64,000 nt of DNA from Squalus acanthias. Lineage: Eukaryota. A program made the translations under genes and the position numbers. Below are positions 23,412 through 36,769 of this stretch, piece by piece (position 1 is the first letter of the stretch; every line of letters begins with the position of its first letter). The stretch spans positions 13,020,001 through 13,084,000 of the forward strand of contig CM059432.1 of assembly GCA_030390025.1 (NCBI GenBank). Direction: 5' to 3'. Under the pieces are notes generated by a model. It searched no databases. It was given only the letters and a program-made list of their open reading frames with translations, and was not told the origin of the DNA.

Positions 23412-24137
23412 GTAACTCCGATTTCCTGACTAATAATATTGAAACCAGGTGATGCTGGTATCCTTCACTGTTACCCATGAATATAGTTGCTTTATAACCG
23501 CTGGCAAACAAAGAGATTCCTTTAAATTTTGTCATCTTTATAATTTAATTTTTTTTTACTATTGTTCTTAAATGTGTTTTAAATATTGAGCATTAGTACA
23601 AAAGAGGACATGGAGGCCAACGGCTGAATATTACCATATGGTAGTGTGTTGTGCGTATCTGACACTGATATTATCAGCCTGACCCCCTAACTCTGAAATT
23701 ACCCTGAACTCAGATCCTCAGTAAGTAATAATTTGGATCCATGTTTTTGTTTAGTTAGAAACTCCTGTTTCCTGATCTAATGTCATTTATAATATTGGAT
23801 AAATACGTGAAGGGAAAAAAAATGACAGGGCTGTGGGGAAAGAGCAGGGGAGTGGGATTAATTGGATAGCTCTACCAAAGAGCCGGCACAGGCAGGATGG
23901 GCTGAATGGCCTCCTTCTTCTGTGCCATATCATTCTATGATTCTATAACCGTACTTTTTTTTTAGTCCACTTTTTTAAATATAGCGGTTTCAGTAGCACA
24001 ATCCTGCTCCGTGTTGGGTAATGCTGTAGCTTAAAGTAGTCTCTTTAATTTCCCACCCACCCCATCACTAATTAGAAACTCGGTTGGGCGATTTAGGTTG
24101 CAACCTTTTGCCAAAAGCCGAAGCTGAACAGGAATCA

Positions 24138-24793
24138 AGATAGAGGCAGGGCAGGAGATGGCAGGATAGAGGCAGGGCAGGAGATGGCAGGATAGAGGCA
24201 GGGCAGGAGATGGCAGGAGGGGGCAGGGCAGGAGATGGCAGGATAGGGGCAGGGCAGGAGATGGCAGGAGAGGGGCAGGGTAGGAGATGGCAGGATAGGG
24301 GCAGGGCAGGAGGTGGCAGGATAGAGGCAGGGCAGGAGGTGGCAGGATAGAGGCAGGGTAGGAGATGGCAGGAGGGGGCAGGGCAGGAGATGGCAGGATA
24401 GGGGCAGGGCAGGAGATAGCAGGAGGGGGCAGGGCAGGAGATGGCAGGAGTGGGGCAGGGCAGGAGATGGCAGGATAGGGGCAGGGCAGGAGATGGCAGG
24501 ATAGGGGCAGGGCAGGAGATGGCAGGGTTGGGAATGGCAGGAGATGGCAGGATAGGGGCAGGGCAGGAGATGGCAGGAGGGGGCAGGGCAGGAGATGGCA
24601 GGAGTGGGGCAGGGCAGGAGATGGCAGGATAGGGGCAGGGCAGGAGATGGCAGGAGGGGGCAGGGCAGGAGATGGCAGGATAGGGGCAGGGCAAGAGATG
24701 GCAGGAGTGGGGCAGGGCAGGAGATGGCAAGATTGGGGCAGGGCAGGTGATGGCAGGATAGGGGCAGGGCAGGAGATGGCAGGAGTGGGGCAG
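24138..24793. repeat. Purine-rich minisatellite, ~24-26-bp unit GGCAGGGCAGGAGATGGCAGGA(T/G)(A/G)GG
   Basis: About 25 visible tandem units in intron 3. Confidence 0.95.
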
Positions 24794-25417
24794 CCAAGTG
24801 GTTGGGATCATGGCTTGAATTGTGATAAATTGATTGAAGCCCTTATCAATAGTTCTATATCTTAAGATACAGAGTGAATTAAAAATTGGATTTCTATTTG
24901 AAATAACTGGACTTTTGCTGTCTGTCTGACTTACATTTTAGAAATTCAGAGACAGTTCATCCAAAAACTGGACTGTCTCGTTTAAAATCAGACCTGCACC
25001 CAACACGGAGTTGTTTCAGAGGCAGCCAGTGGCCATTTTACTTTTTGTTTGGGAGGAGAAATAAATGATATATTGTTAGTCAATCAGGCACAAGGCGATT
25101 TTAACCCTACTCATTCAGCAGAAACCTGGCAGGGTGGGCGGTTAAATTCGCCCTGGCTCTTACCTGTCCGAAAGCCGCCATGATCGCAACATCTGCAATT
25201 TTAACCTGCTCTCCTGAGCAGGCGGCTAGGACACCCGCCCACAGCCAACAGGGTCCTTCTTTACATATGCATGTTGTGGCCCGATGACATCATTGAGACC
25301 CGACTGTAACTTTAACTCAGGCCTGAGCGGGGAATCCACCTGGAGTTAAAATCGGGTTCGCGAATGTCTCTAAATATAATTTGGGTTCAGACATGTCAAA
25401 TCAGTCATGACTACATC

Positions 25418-25452
<35 letters not shown>

Positions 25453-27476
25453 ATATATAAAATCAATGTAATCTTCATTTGTGACAAGCTTCAAGTATTC
25501 CAGTAAATCAACAACATTGACTGTAGCAATATGAGAGCATGCCATTATGAGGCAACCTTATCAATTAGGACGCAGTGAATTTTTCTGTCGGAGCCAGGGC
25601 AACTGAGGTCTCTTTCAGCTGTGAAGGATTCACTGCAGCTCCCAGTCTAGCAGACCCTCTCCCTTTATACCCTTTCTTATCACTGTTACGTGACAGCATC
25701 CTGCTCCAGCTGCAATTTCCCTTTGTCTCCCAGACTTTACATAAACTTTATTACATGACGAAAGGTTGTTATGTTTGGCCAAGTGGTTCGTTCTGCTGAA
25801 TTAACACTCTGGAGCCCTTACAGTTTGTGTCAGTAAGTGCCAGTTACCAAATCACACAGCATATTCTTCCTGCAGTTCAACCAGGTGAATCTGCTGAACA
25901 TCAGTCTGGTTACTATTCATCTTGGGAACCAGTCAACTTCCAAGTTTGCCTGTGTCATCCCGTAGTGCAATATTTTATTGCAAAGACATCGCCTACTTGC
26001 TTTTCCAACCTCAACACTCGTATCATCTTCGAACCACACATTTAATTTCCTTATCCATTTACCCACTCAACAATTATCTGCGTAAACATTTCCTTACACA
26101 CAAACTGCGAAACAGTAATGAGGCACTGGTTTGTTACTTTAAGACATTGTGGCTCAAGGATCGTGTTAGGCAATAAAAAGTTAAAATTTACACTTGTATA
26201 AAACAAAGCACAGCAATGTTAAACGAGCAGATTCCATCATCAATCAAGTCAGCCACAGGATTGCTGCTGTTGTTCTGATTAACCCTTTCCATATTGGTCT
26301 ATTACAGTCTCGAAACTTATTACCCATCAATATATACGGTGCCAAAGAATGGTAGCAACTTGTAACTGCAGCTGTGTAACTGAAAATGATCAACGCCCAC
26401 ATGGATCAGTGCAACAAGCAGACTTGTCACTAATTCATCTGAGCTGCAGAGGGATTATATAGAGACAGCAGGAAAGTTGACTAATTATTCATAAATGATC
26501 AGTCAGGGCTCCCAGATATAAAATATCATCTTTGCCCAGATACAGAATATTGAAATCATAAGGAAAAATTAGCATTTTATTTCCATTATTTCTCATTTTG
26601 CCCCACATATAAATATGATGGGGAAGTTTAGGGACAAAGGAGCCTTTGACCGACCTGAACATTCTTAAGAGGAGCCATTCCCAGTACTTAGCTATTTTCC
26701 CATCACATCAATAGAACAATGGGCTCCATCAATGGCTCAAGGAATGAATGCACCATGTAATGCTCTTCCGAACCATATAGAACAGGAAAGCCCCAGGTTC
26801 AATGCATGGCACATGCTGAGTTAGCTGAACTCAACCTGGGTTGCAGTGGGAATATGAAAACTAGCCTTAGCCTCCCAGGGTCTTGCTTCTGATTGTTACT
26901 CACTGACCACTGCTTGTTAAGCGTACGTTATAGACTCAACATGAGGACAAGATCAGCCTTGGCTGCAAATTTGCATCAATAACCTTCCGTAACTCTCTGA
27001 TGCTAAACAGAAAGGCAAACAAACTATAAAGGAGTTCCAGCTGAGAGAACCTTTCATTCAGGCTGGTCATGACTGTATCAACTAATGGAAGGAAGAGACC
27101 TTGGTTCAATGTCTCCTCAGGACGTTTGACAATATCATCTGGACATTCACACTCAAACATGATTTCCTTCCTACGGCTTCTCTCTTCAGGAAATGTTATC
27201 TCAATGTCTATCTGGCCTACGATTTCTGGTGCAGAAACATGAGCTGATGCAAAACCCATTTTCTCTCTATAAATTGCAGAGGTTTAAGCACACTGTATGA
27301 ATTTACCACACAACAAGACACACGAGGAAGGGCCCTGAAGAGATCTTTCGTGCAAGGCTCCGTGCCTCTGATGCAGTCGCCCTGTCCTTTTTTTGAACTG
27401 CATGACTTTCCAGTGCTTTGAGGCCACCGTGCACTTCATTGAGTTGATATCAAAGTACTTTAACGCTTTCAATACA

Positions 27477-27755
27477 GCCCCGCCTATTCTCTCCGGTGGA
27501 TGTAAAAGATCCCATGGCACTATTTCGAAGAAGAGCAGTCGAGTTATCCCCGGTGTCCTGGCCAATATTTATCCCTCAATCGACATCACAAAAACAAATT
27601 ATCTGGTCATTATCACGTTGCTGTTTGTGGGATCTTGCTGTGCGCCAATTGACTGCTGTGTTTCCTAGACTGTAACAGTGACCACACTTCAAAAAGTACT
27701 TCATTGGCTGTAAAGAGCTTTGGGACGTCCTGAGGCCGTGAAAGGTGCTATATAT
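27477..27755 (+). mobile_element. Deu-domain-like SINE 3' half, inside the hAT fossil
   Basis: Matches 4630-4905. Confidence 0.8.
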
Positions 27756-27986
27756 AACACGTGCCGGTGAATGTTCATGCTCTTTCAGAGTAGACGAAAG
27801 GCCCTTCCACACATTGAAGCCATCCTTCAAAAATGGCGTTATCATGATTTTTAAAAAGAACACTTCATCTGCAGACTGATAAAACCCTAGCTACGACCGA
27901 AAAACTTTGTCTCCATTTTTCAGGTGGATGTAGTAGATCTCCATAAAGCGCCGCGGAACTTCCTCATTATTTTGTGGAAGTTCAAT

Positions 27987-28311
27987 GGGGGGAAAATTGG
28001 GTGACGCCCCTCTTGGGGTGCTAACGTCGCCGGGGCGCATAAAAAAATGGAAAGGGGGCAAGTGCTGGCAGTTGGCCAAAATAAAAATGGCCACCCGACA
28101 CCTGCCCTTTAAGTAGCGCCGCCGCTGCTGCAAAAATGCCCCCCCTGATCCTGTCGGACATATCATCCGGCGATAGGTCAGGGGGTGTAAGGGAAGTTTG
28201 CGGCCGGGGCTGAATTTCGCGGGAGGCGTTAGCGGCGCCGCGCCTGGGCGCTAGGGGATTTGCACCCCGGGGGCACTAACGAGAGGCGCAAAACAACCCA
28301 ATTTTTCCCCC
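27987..28311. mobile_element. GC-rich Harbinger-type MITE
   Basis: TIRs GGGGGGAAAATTGGGT / ACCCAATTTTTCCCCC, flanks AAT/AGT. It interrupts the hAT reading frame. Confidence 0.75.
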
Positions 28312-29147
28312 AGTGTACATTATTTTGGTTGGGACCTCTTTCAACGAGTGTGCATCTTTGCATGTCAGTTAATCTCCAGCTTAAAAAAATCTTCTCAATT
28401 ATCTATAAAATTGGAAGCAATTAGCTAATGTAGTGGGATAGAACCATAGATGCTTACAGCACAGAAGGAGGTCAATTGGCTTATCGGGTCTGTGCCAGCA
28501 CCTTGCGAGAGTAATCCCACTGCCCTGCTCTCTCCCCGTAGCCCTGTAACTTCCCAAGCTTGAAATGTAGCAATGTGCACTAATTAGATGACATTTTCAC
28601 ATGTGATATTGCAATGGTGCAGAATAGAGTCAGAGAGTGAAGAAACTAACAGCTAGTTACAGCTACTTACTTCACTGCTTTGTCCAAAGTGACAGTCTTT
28701 CCATTAACTTCTATGCTGTAGCCTTTCTGTTATATAGAATAAACAGTGTCAATGCACATGCTCTGTTCAGTGAGGCACTTAAATGATTTGAAGAACCTGA
28801 ATGGCTTAAAAGGACAAATATATATTTTATTCCCTACTATATTTTAATTTAAAGGCATTGTTGAACACATATTTTTTCCCACAATTTTATTTTAAAGCAC
28901 TCGTTTTATGAAAATTATTGTTGCCACAGAATATTCGTCTGAAAAAACACGCCCAATTTAAAATCCAATTGATCACCGATCCTTTGTCATAGTGCCTTGC
29001 TGTATTGACATGCAAATGCCACAGATGGAGCCATAACACATGCACTCATTCTGCAATTTCCCACGTGCTGAATTCTCAATCTCAACAAGACCATCAGGGG
29101 AAACCGCGTACAGCCTAGCAGCTAATTGAAGAGTGGCAGAGACAGTA

Positions 29148-29768
29148 GGGCTGGATTTTCATTGGCCCGTGGAGGCGGGTTTGGAGGCATGTGGGGGGTT
29201 AAAATTGCGAAAATTAGCGGGCGGGCACAAGTCCGCCTCCACGCAATTTTCATGAAATCGTGTCTGCTGGTCCCGACTCCGTCCCTCCTCTAAGAGACGG
29301 GATAGGCTGTTAAGGCCCTTAACAAGCACTAAATTGGCTCTGTAATGCCATTTTGAAAGGCCTTTGTGATTTTAACCCTTGTTGTACGTGAAGCACGCCT
29401 GTTCTGAACCATGATTGTGAAACCTGGCGGGAGCACATTTGGCTGGCTGGATCTCTCTCTCTCTCTCTCTGGTGTAAAAATATCTGGGCGCAGACTTAGG
29501 ACTGCTGCTGCTCATTTTGCATCCAGGTCCTCTCACAGCAAAGGCCAGGCAGTCTCTGAAGACCTTCAATGCAGCAGCAATGATGACATCATCAGAGGCG
29601 ACTTTCAGACTGAAAACACTAATTGGTTCATGGGTTCCCACATGCTGGAACTCAATTGCCCAATTAGGTGAAAATTGCATCAATCTCCCACATCCAATTG
29701 CAGTCGGGTGGATAACACGAAAAGTGGATGACACGACCCCAACCCGCCCCAGTATCAAAATCCAGCCC
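29148..29768. mobile_element. Harbinger-type MITE
   Basis: Perfect 12-bp TIR GGGCTGGATTTT / AAAATCCAGCCC. TSD not preserved. Confidence 0.65.
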
Positions 29769-30765
29769 ACATGTCTCTCCACTTATTTGGTTGGCGAGTA
29801 GTTTGCAGTTTGAGTACCTGAATGAGGGTAGACCATAAATTTTAAAAACTTAAGTGGAACGGAATTTAATCAAATCGAACAAAGCGTACTAATCCTCGCT
29901 GTAAAGTGGTCACAAAGAGTGGTACCAGCCACTAAAGATCCCAACGCTAATCACTTTTACTGAAGCCCCCCAGATAGTGGAGATTCAATCCTAAAATAGC
30001 ACCAACCGTGACATGGCACCAAATGTCTCATAGTTCCCTGGCACTGGTCAGAGGTTCGAAATGAAACATTGTGAGTGGTTTTAGGAAAGGAGGTAGTTTC
30101 CACTCTGCAAAAACAGGTGTACCGCATATGCACTGCCTGCAGTCATTCTGTATAAAATTCAAACAAAGAATATCCCCATAGCAACCTAGTATTTTCATCT
30201 ACAGCAGAACAAATATATGTGGCACAGATGCGCTGTGGTGACTGGAAAGCATGGGGCTCGATACTTCTGCATGCAGCCTTTCATTCTATGAGTCATACTG
30301 ACCAAAGCAATGAATTAAAACCTCAGATCCTTTCAATGCACAATGATGGGTTCAGTGGCTGCTTCATTGAGCTAGCTAGTTCCTCTCACGTCAGAGAGGA
30401 TTCTTGAATCTGCTTGTTACATGTATCATCTGTTTGATAAGTCCCAGTCAATGAAAAATATACAGGCAGTTTGCATTGCCATTATCTTGGATGCACTTCA
30501 AGAGCAGTGAATCCTATTTTAGAAAATACCTGGACGTCCCATTCCTGATCGCTGTCCAATGACTGCACGGAAAGTGTACACACGAGGACAGAATTAGACA
30601 TGGGTCCTTCCCTCCCCCGCCCCCGCCCAGCCATAGTCAAATAGTATGCCGACAGTCACTGTCAAAGCTCACACGTAGAGAAAGGTAAAGTACCAGAGGG
30701 TAATGCCTGTGGAACTGTGCCCGAAAATGAATCAAGCCTGCCCATTAACTTGTTTGTTTTCAAAT

Positions 30766-31124
30766 AATATGTTAGAAAGCAGTCGCACTAACAGCGATCC
30801 CGTTTGCTCCCTGCCCCTGCTGGAAAGTGAGCGTTTATGGATGCCAGTTAAAGATAGGGTCGGCTCGGCTCCGATAACCTGCATGTTTGAATAGCCTTCC
30901 GAAGCACCCTGCCTAGGTTCACCCACGATGAATGGGCACTGGAGCTTCAGCAGCGATGGGGAGAAAAAAATGGGAAGGTTGCAATGAAGAGAGAGGGTTG
31001 GAGACTAGAGGTGGAAAGATGATCACCTGTCAGATGGCAAGCATTGTCTGTATCCTGTCGAAGAATCCAGCAGGGGCAGGGAGCAAACGGGATCACTTTT
31101 AGTACAACTGTTTTCTAACATATT
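30766..31124. mobile_element. Unclassified MITE with 59-bp inverted ends (TA|TGTTAGAAA...TTTCTAACA|TA)
   Basis: Arms 30766-30824 and 31066-31124 are reverse complements with 5 mismatches. Confidence 0.7.
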
Positions 31125-32515
31125 TTAAGAGCCTCCCCAAATATGGCAATAGTCTTCATGTATTTTAGCCACTTGGGCTCCATAGGGTATGAAGCGTTGT
31201 TTTGGGGAAAAGAAGTCTTTGACATGGAAGTGGAAACTGTGGCTCTTTGGAGGCGGTTTTGGGAGTTTCACTTCAGGTCTAAGGAGATACAGTAATAAGA
31301 TTTTTTTTATTCGTTCCTGGGATGTGGGCCTCGCTGGCAAGCCCAGCATTTATTGCCCATCCCTAATTGCCCTTGAGAAGGTGGTGGTGAGCCGCCTTCT
31401 TGAACCGCTGCAGTCCGTGTGGTGAAGGCACTCCCGCAGTGATGCCGGGTGGTCCGTCCGGTTTTGTTCTTCTTCTTGTTTTTCGTAGCGGTTTGTTACA
31501 ACTGAGTGGCTTGCTCGGCCATTTCAGAGGGCAGTTAAGAGTCAACCGCGAGATCAAGAATATCAATAGGTGATGAAGGATAAGGTGGAGGCATCAAGGT
31601 TAAAAAGTGGCAGCTGTTAGTTATACTTGTGAGAGACATGAAGAAATTGTGCCACGAAATACTAGTAGACAAAAACTAATACATTCCTCCGAAATTCCTC
31701 TCTGCTATCTTAGCGGAAGAATTAACCCATATTACACCTTTGCTAATATAGAGGAGAGGAATTTCAGATGATTCATTCGCTAGCATCCCACAGCATAACT
31801 TTAGGGTTTAGCTATTGACAGAAACTAGCTTTTAGGGCTACCATGCCATTTTAATGTAATTGCTTAATTCAAATCACTGAATAATTCAAATTTTTGCTGC
31901 CCCATTCAAGGGCAAATAAGGAGATCAAAATGTGGTGAACTGTGAGAGGACTGGACATTGCGCAACATGAAGGAAGTTGAGGAATGTTTTGTGGACAAAG
32001 TTGGATTATGAGCAGAGATCACTGATAGAAGGAAATAGAGCAAAAGAGAGAGCAAAGCTGTTGGGAAACCCTGAGTTAATCAAAGGAAAGTGAGAGGACC
32101 AACCATCACATACAGCTGGCTTCATAAATTCTCGTATGAATCTATTGACATTCTCTGGCACATAAGTTTGAAGTCCTGCCATTATTAATGAGCCTGGTCT
32201 TTAGTAAAGTGACTTATGTGCATGGAATGCTAACTCACTCCCAGATCTAGTTTTGAGACAGGCCCTGTGATCAAGTGCTTTATATAAACATGAGTGCTCA
32301 AGAAAAAGTCTTTACTCTGAATTAAAGATAAGAAAAAGGACTCTTTAAAGTCTGCGATTCTTGCTGTTTCCCACAGTCTATCAACAGCAGGGTGACTCAA
32401 CACCAGCTGGTTTTAGTATACTATCTACTCCTGTTAATTCAAAAGCTTAATTCACTTTGGTAGGAAGAATAAAAAAACAGAACATTTTTTAAATGGTGAA
32501 AAACTATGAAATGTT

Positions 32516-33935
32516 GGGCTGGAATTTTCCGGGGGATAGGTGGCAAGTCAGGTGAGAATTTTTTTTTTGACAACGGGTCGGGACCCCGCTGTCAACCTAC
32601 CGCCACGCGCCTTTCCCAATGTCAGCGCTGAACAGACCCGACACGCAACGGCGGGGGACCCAATTAAACTTAGTATTGCCTTGTTGACAGATAATTAAAA
32701 ATACATTTTACCTTACTTTTTCTCTTTAACTGCTCGCCCACGGGGTCCATGCTGCTCGGAGATCACGTTTGTTAAGCTGAGGCGGGAGTTGAATGGCCAT
32801 TGAATGAGCTGATTACTTGACAGCTTGAAATGTGCTATAAAAGCTCCCACCTCACAGCTGTTCGCTTTACAAGCTCAGAAGCTGTTGCTTACTCCATTTG
32901 GAAGACAGATTGAGCTTCATGCAGGTTGCAAGTGTTTGGAGCAAACTCTCTATCCAGTGTCACCTCATTGGAACACCGGGAGGCCAGGAATGTGCCAGGT
33001 TGGCACCACCCCACACCAACACCATAAAGCATCCCTATAATGACCAAGCCATTCCTTTCACACTCATCACCATTGCGGGGGGTACCGTTATGTCTCACCA
33101 TTCACTGCAACTCACTAAGCCACTTCCAAAGGTGCACACAGATCTGTCCAAGAACACGAAGTGTTGAAAATAAAGGTTTCAATGTTTGACAGCACATTAA
33201 CAGAAACTTTACATGAACATTGGATAAAACATCCAAGTGGCTACCCTTGTGTGTTGTTAGTTGGTATGATTGCACTAGGATGAGAGTGAGTGTGAGGGGT
33301 GGCTAGTGAGATGGGGAAGTGATAATGTAGATCGAGAGAGAGGGATGGGTGGAGGTGCAAGGTAAGTTGGTGTGCGTAAGGATGTGCAGGAATTGGGGAG
33401 GGAAGGCAGAGTGATGGGGATGTGATGAGAGGCACAGCAGGATAAGGCTGGGTGTGGCTTTGTACTAATGTTTCGTGATCTACTGAGATCATTGAAAGGT
33501 TTGCGCCACTGCACCCAGGTCCTCCTGACCACATCCCTGCTTGTGCCCTCCTGTGCAATGTGCAACCAGGTTGTTTAGGTCTCCCTGCGTACTGTGACTC
33601 CCTCCATAAGCATATGGAGGGAGTCATAGGAGAGCCTGGGTGCAGCCCTCTGCTTCTGTGCAGTCATTGTCAGTGTTTGCAGTACCTCAATGCAGTAGAA
33701 CACTGACAGCACAAATGTCAAAATAAAGTTGGACTTGGTCCCTTTAAGGAAACCGGCTGATGCCGCATCATGAAATGATGTCACCAGACCCGCTTCCACT
33801 AATTGGCCTGGGAAACGCGCTGGGCGGGCTTAACAGGCCCCATTGAGGTAAGTTCATTTTCCAGAGCGGGATGGAGCCAGCAGCAGGGTCGCGACCTGCC
33901 ACCCACATTGCCTGCCACGGACCCGCTGAGTTCGG
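32516..33935 (-). mobile_element. Non-autonomous Harbinger derivative carrying a Myb/SANT-like gene remnant
   Basis: Left end GGGCTGGAATTTTCC. Minus strand ~33480-33667 encodes QRAAPRLSYDSLHMLMEGVTVRRE and, after a frameshift, WLHIAQEGTSRDVVRRTWVQWRKPFNDL. Confidence 0.7.
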
Positions 33936-34180
33936 AGAGATTTAGGTGTCCTCGTACAGGAAACACAGAAAGCTAGCATGCAGGTACAGCAAGCAATTAG
34001 GAAGGCAAATGACATGTTGGCCTTTACTGCAAGGGGGTTGGAGTATAAGAGTAAGGAAGTTTTGGTACAATTGTACAGGGCTTTGGTGAGACCACACCTG
34101 GAGTACTGTGCACAATTTTGGTCTCCTTAACTGAGGAAGGATATGCTTGCCTTAGAGGCAGTGCAACAAAGGTTCACTAT

Positions 34181-34615
34181 TGGGAATGGTAGCATAGTGG
34201 TTATGTTACTGGACTAGTAATCCAGTAGGCCTGGACTAATCTTCCAGTAGACATGAGTTCAAATCCCACCACGGCATTTAAACTCAATTAAATAAATCTG
34301 GAATTAACAGCTAGTACCAGTAATAGTGACCATGAAACTACCGGATTGTTGCAAAAACCCATCCGGTTCACTAATGTCCTTTAGGGAAGGAAATCTGCCG
34401 TCCTTACCCGGTCTGGCCTATATGTGACTCCAGACCCACAGCAATGTGGTTGACTCTTAACTGCCCTCTGAGAGAAGCCACTCTGTCATATCAGAAAAAA
34501 ACTGCTTTGATGGTCTGCAGCGGTTCAAGATGGCAGCTCACCACCACCTTCTCAAGGGCAATTAGGGATGGGCCTTGCCAGCAACGCCCACATCCCATGA
34601 ACAAATAAATAAAAA
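34181..34615 (+). mobile_element. Full tRNA SINE (Meta-domain-like core, LINE-derived tail)
   Basis: A-box TAGCATAGTGG, B-box GAGTTCAAATCCC, conserved core and A-rich end. Confidence 0.8.
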
Positions 34616-35129
34616 CTAGATTGATTCCTGGGATGAGAATAGATTGAGCCTATACTCTCTGGAGTTTAGAAGAATGAGAGGTGATCTTATTGAAACAAAG
34701 AAGATTCTGAGGGGGGATTGAGAGGGTAGATGCTGAGAGGTTGTTTCCCCTGAACTAGGGGGCATAGTCTCAGGATAAGCGGTCGGCTTTTTAAGACTGA
34801 GATGAGGAGGAATATCTTCACTCAGAGGGCTGTGAATCTTTGGAATTCTCTACCCCAAAGGGCTGTGGATGCTGAATCGCTGAGTACATTCAAGGCTGAG
34901 ATAGATAGATTATGGGGATCGGGCGGAGGGGCAAAATGGCCTACTCCTGTTCTTAATTCTTATGTTCTTATGTTAATTCGAATTACTGGATAATTTCAAG
35001 TTGAATTGCACTTAAACGGGCTACTGTACCATTTTAATACAGTTGCTTAATTCAGATTACTGGATAATTCAAATTTTTCTGGGGCAAAAATCAACTTTGA
35101 ATAATCAGGAGTAAACTGGACTGATGGGG

Positions 35130-35883
35130 GGGGGCGAAATTCCCCAAGAGGGCCATTTGGGGCGCTAATTGCAAAAAGTTTGAAAAGTTAGCGCCCGGCG
35201 CTAATGATTCTGAGCCTCACCTGACTTCCCTGACATCGCCCCAGGAAGGGAGCGGGGCGCTAAATCAAACGCTAATGTCCTCAGTGAGGCGCTACAGGGG
35301 CGCTAACACCAGAGAGCTGCCGAATTTCAGGTGAGTTCCAAACAGATTTGATCACTCGCGCTGCTTCTTTCCTGCTCTTAATCATTCACCAGATGCTCAT
35401 TTGCAGCTTTGCTTGCGTCGAGGAGAACAGACACACACTGCGGACCAGCAAACGATTGAAATATATAAATCTCAAATCACATCCTAATGCAAATGAAGAT
35501 TCCTTATTCAGCAGCAAACTCTGAAATCTCAAAAACGCTTCCAATAATCAAAAGGGCTCTTTTTGAGCAGCAAGAAGTTCGATGTCCTGGCCGACACAAA
35601 CAACAACCGGAGGTGGACACCTTTAAATAGCGCTCGTCCACGGGCCTCCCGACCAAAACGCCTGCTGAACCTGTCGCTAAAATACAGAGGCGCAAAGGCA
35701 GGCGAAAAAGGGGAATTTTACATCGGAAGCGCTAACGGCGCAATGCACCCGGAGATGACATCATGAACTCTGGGTGCAGACGATCGGGGCGAAAACCGGC
35801 AGCGCCGCCGCTAACCTCCGGCTGAATTTCGTGGGAGGCGCGGTTATCCCATCGGAGGCGCAAACGAGGGGAATTTCGCCCCC
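35130..35883. mobile_element. GC-rich Harbinger-type MITE
   Basis: Perfect 16-bp TIR GGGGGCGAAATTCCCC and repeated GGCGCTA subterminal motifs. Confidence 0.8.
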
Positions 35884-36079
35884 ATTTTGTTTTTTAAGTC
35901 CTCCCTGTGACACTGGTATGTATTCGGTCATTCTTGTTGGGTCTACTTGTGTAAGGTGGAATTTATACAGTTTCTCCAAGATGAGTTATGGGGCAAATAT
36001 TTCATATCTACATAAATTGTACAATCAATAAAGATTTTGTGGTCTGACTGCTTTTTAACTAATGATTCACATGTAGTAA

Positions 36080-36492
36080 AAAGAAAATGAAAGACTTGCA
36101 TTTATATAGCACATTTCCTGACAGTCAAAATGAAGTACCTTTGAAGTGCAGCCACTGTTGTAATGTAGCAATCGCGGCAGCCAATTTGCGCACAGCAAGC
36201 TCCCACAAACAGCAATGTGATAATGACCAGATAATCTGTTTTTTTGATGTTGATTGAGGGATAAATATTGGCCAGGACACCGGGGATAACTCCCCTGCTC
36301 TTCCTCAAAATAGTGCCGTGAGATCTTTTACGTGCACCTGAGAGAGAGCAGACGAGGCCTCGGTTTAACGTCTCATCCGAAAGATGGCACCTCCGACAGT
36401 GCAGCACTCCCTCAGTACTGCACTGGAGTGTCAGCCTAGATTTTTGTGCTCAAGTCTCTGAAGTGGGACTTGAACCCACAACCTTCTGACTT
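36080..36492 (-). mobile_element. Deu-domain-like tRNA SINE
   Basis: Reverse complement of 4485-4915. Confidence 0.8.
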
Positions 36493-36769
36493 ACTCAAAT
36501 AAATACAGTCAGACCCTATTTTGTAAGAACAAAAGAAAATTTATCAGGCTGGGTACCACAGCGTAAATTTTAGGGTGATACAAAGAACTGGATTTACTTA
36601 ACAGAAAACAAGAATGAACAAAAATGCCACGCATTTTATTGTATGCCCCCTTGGTTTATCATGCAAAATTATTAAATGACTTCAGAAATCACCAGCCCGA
36701 GTACTAAAGTTGATATATATTTTGCTCTGTAGATTTTTAAAAGTCTGCTTAAGTTCACAAAACAGTAAC

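Larger units (their letters stand above)
26950..28390 (-). pseudogene. Fossil hAT transposase (ZMYM1/TTF-zinc-finger type), internally deleted and interrupted
   Basis: Minus-strand fragments in order: LVERGPNQ, RRFMEIYYIHLKNGDKVFRS, GFNVWKGLSSTLKEHEHSP (TTF-type ZnF region), then FPEERSRRKE...LFLPLVDTVMTSLNERFSQL (hAT C-terminal region). Confidence 0.7.
32447..34975 (+). mobile_element. CR1 3' fragment split by a Harbinger derivative (32516-~33935) and a SINE (34181-34615)
   Basis: CR1 sequence (HFGRKN...RPHLEYCAQFWSP...RRNIFTQRAVNLWNSLP) resumes after each insert. Confidence 0.85.

Noticed and set aside
24068..24865. Long Pro/Cys/Leu-rich ORFs (247 aa, 220 aa and others)
   Set aside because: They are translations of the minisatellite, open in several frames only because the unit lacks stop codons.
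31836..35080. ~60-bp diverged direct repeat (31836-31895 vs 35019-35080), and ~150-bp repeat 47240-47390 vs 48490-48630
   Set aside because: Most simply old dispersed-repeat remnants that I cannot classify. No ordered structure is evident.
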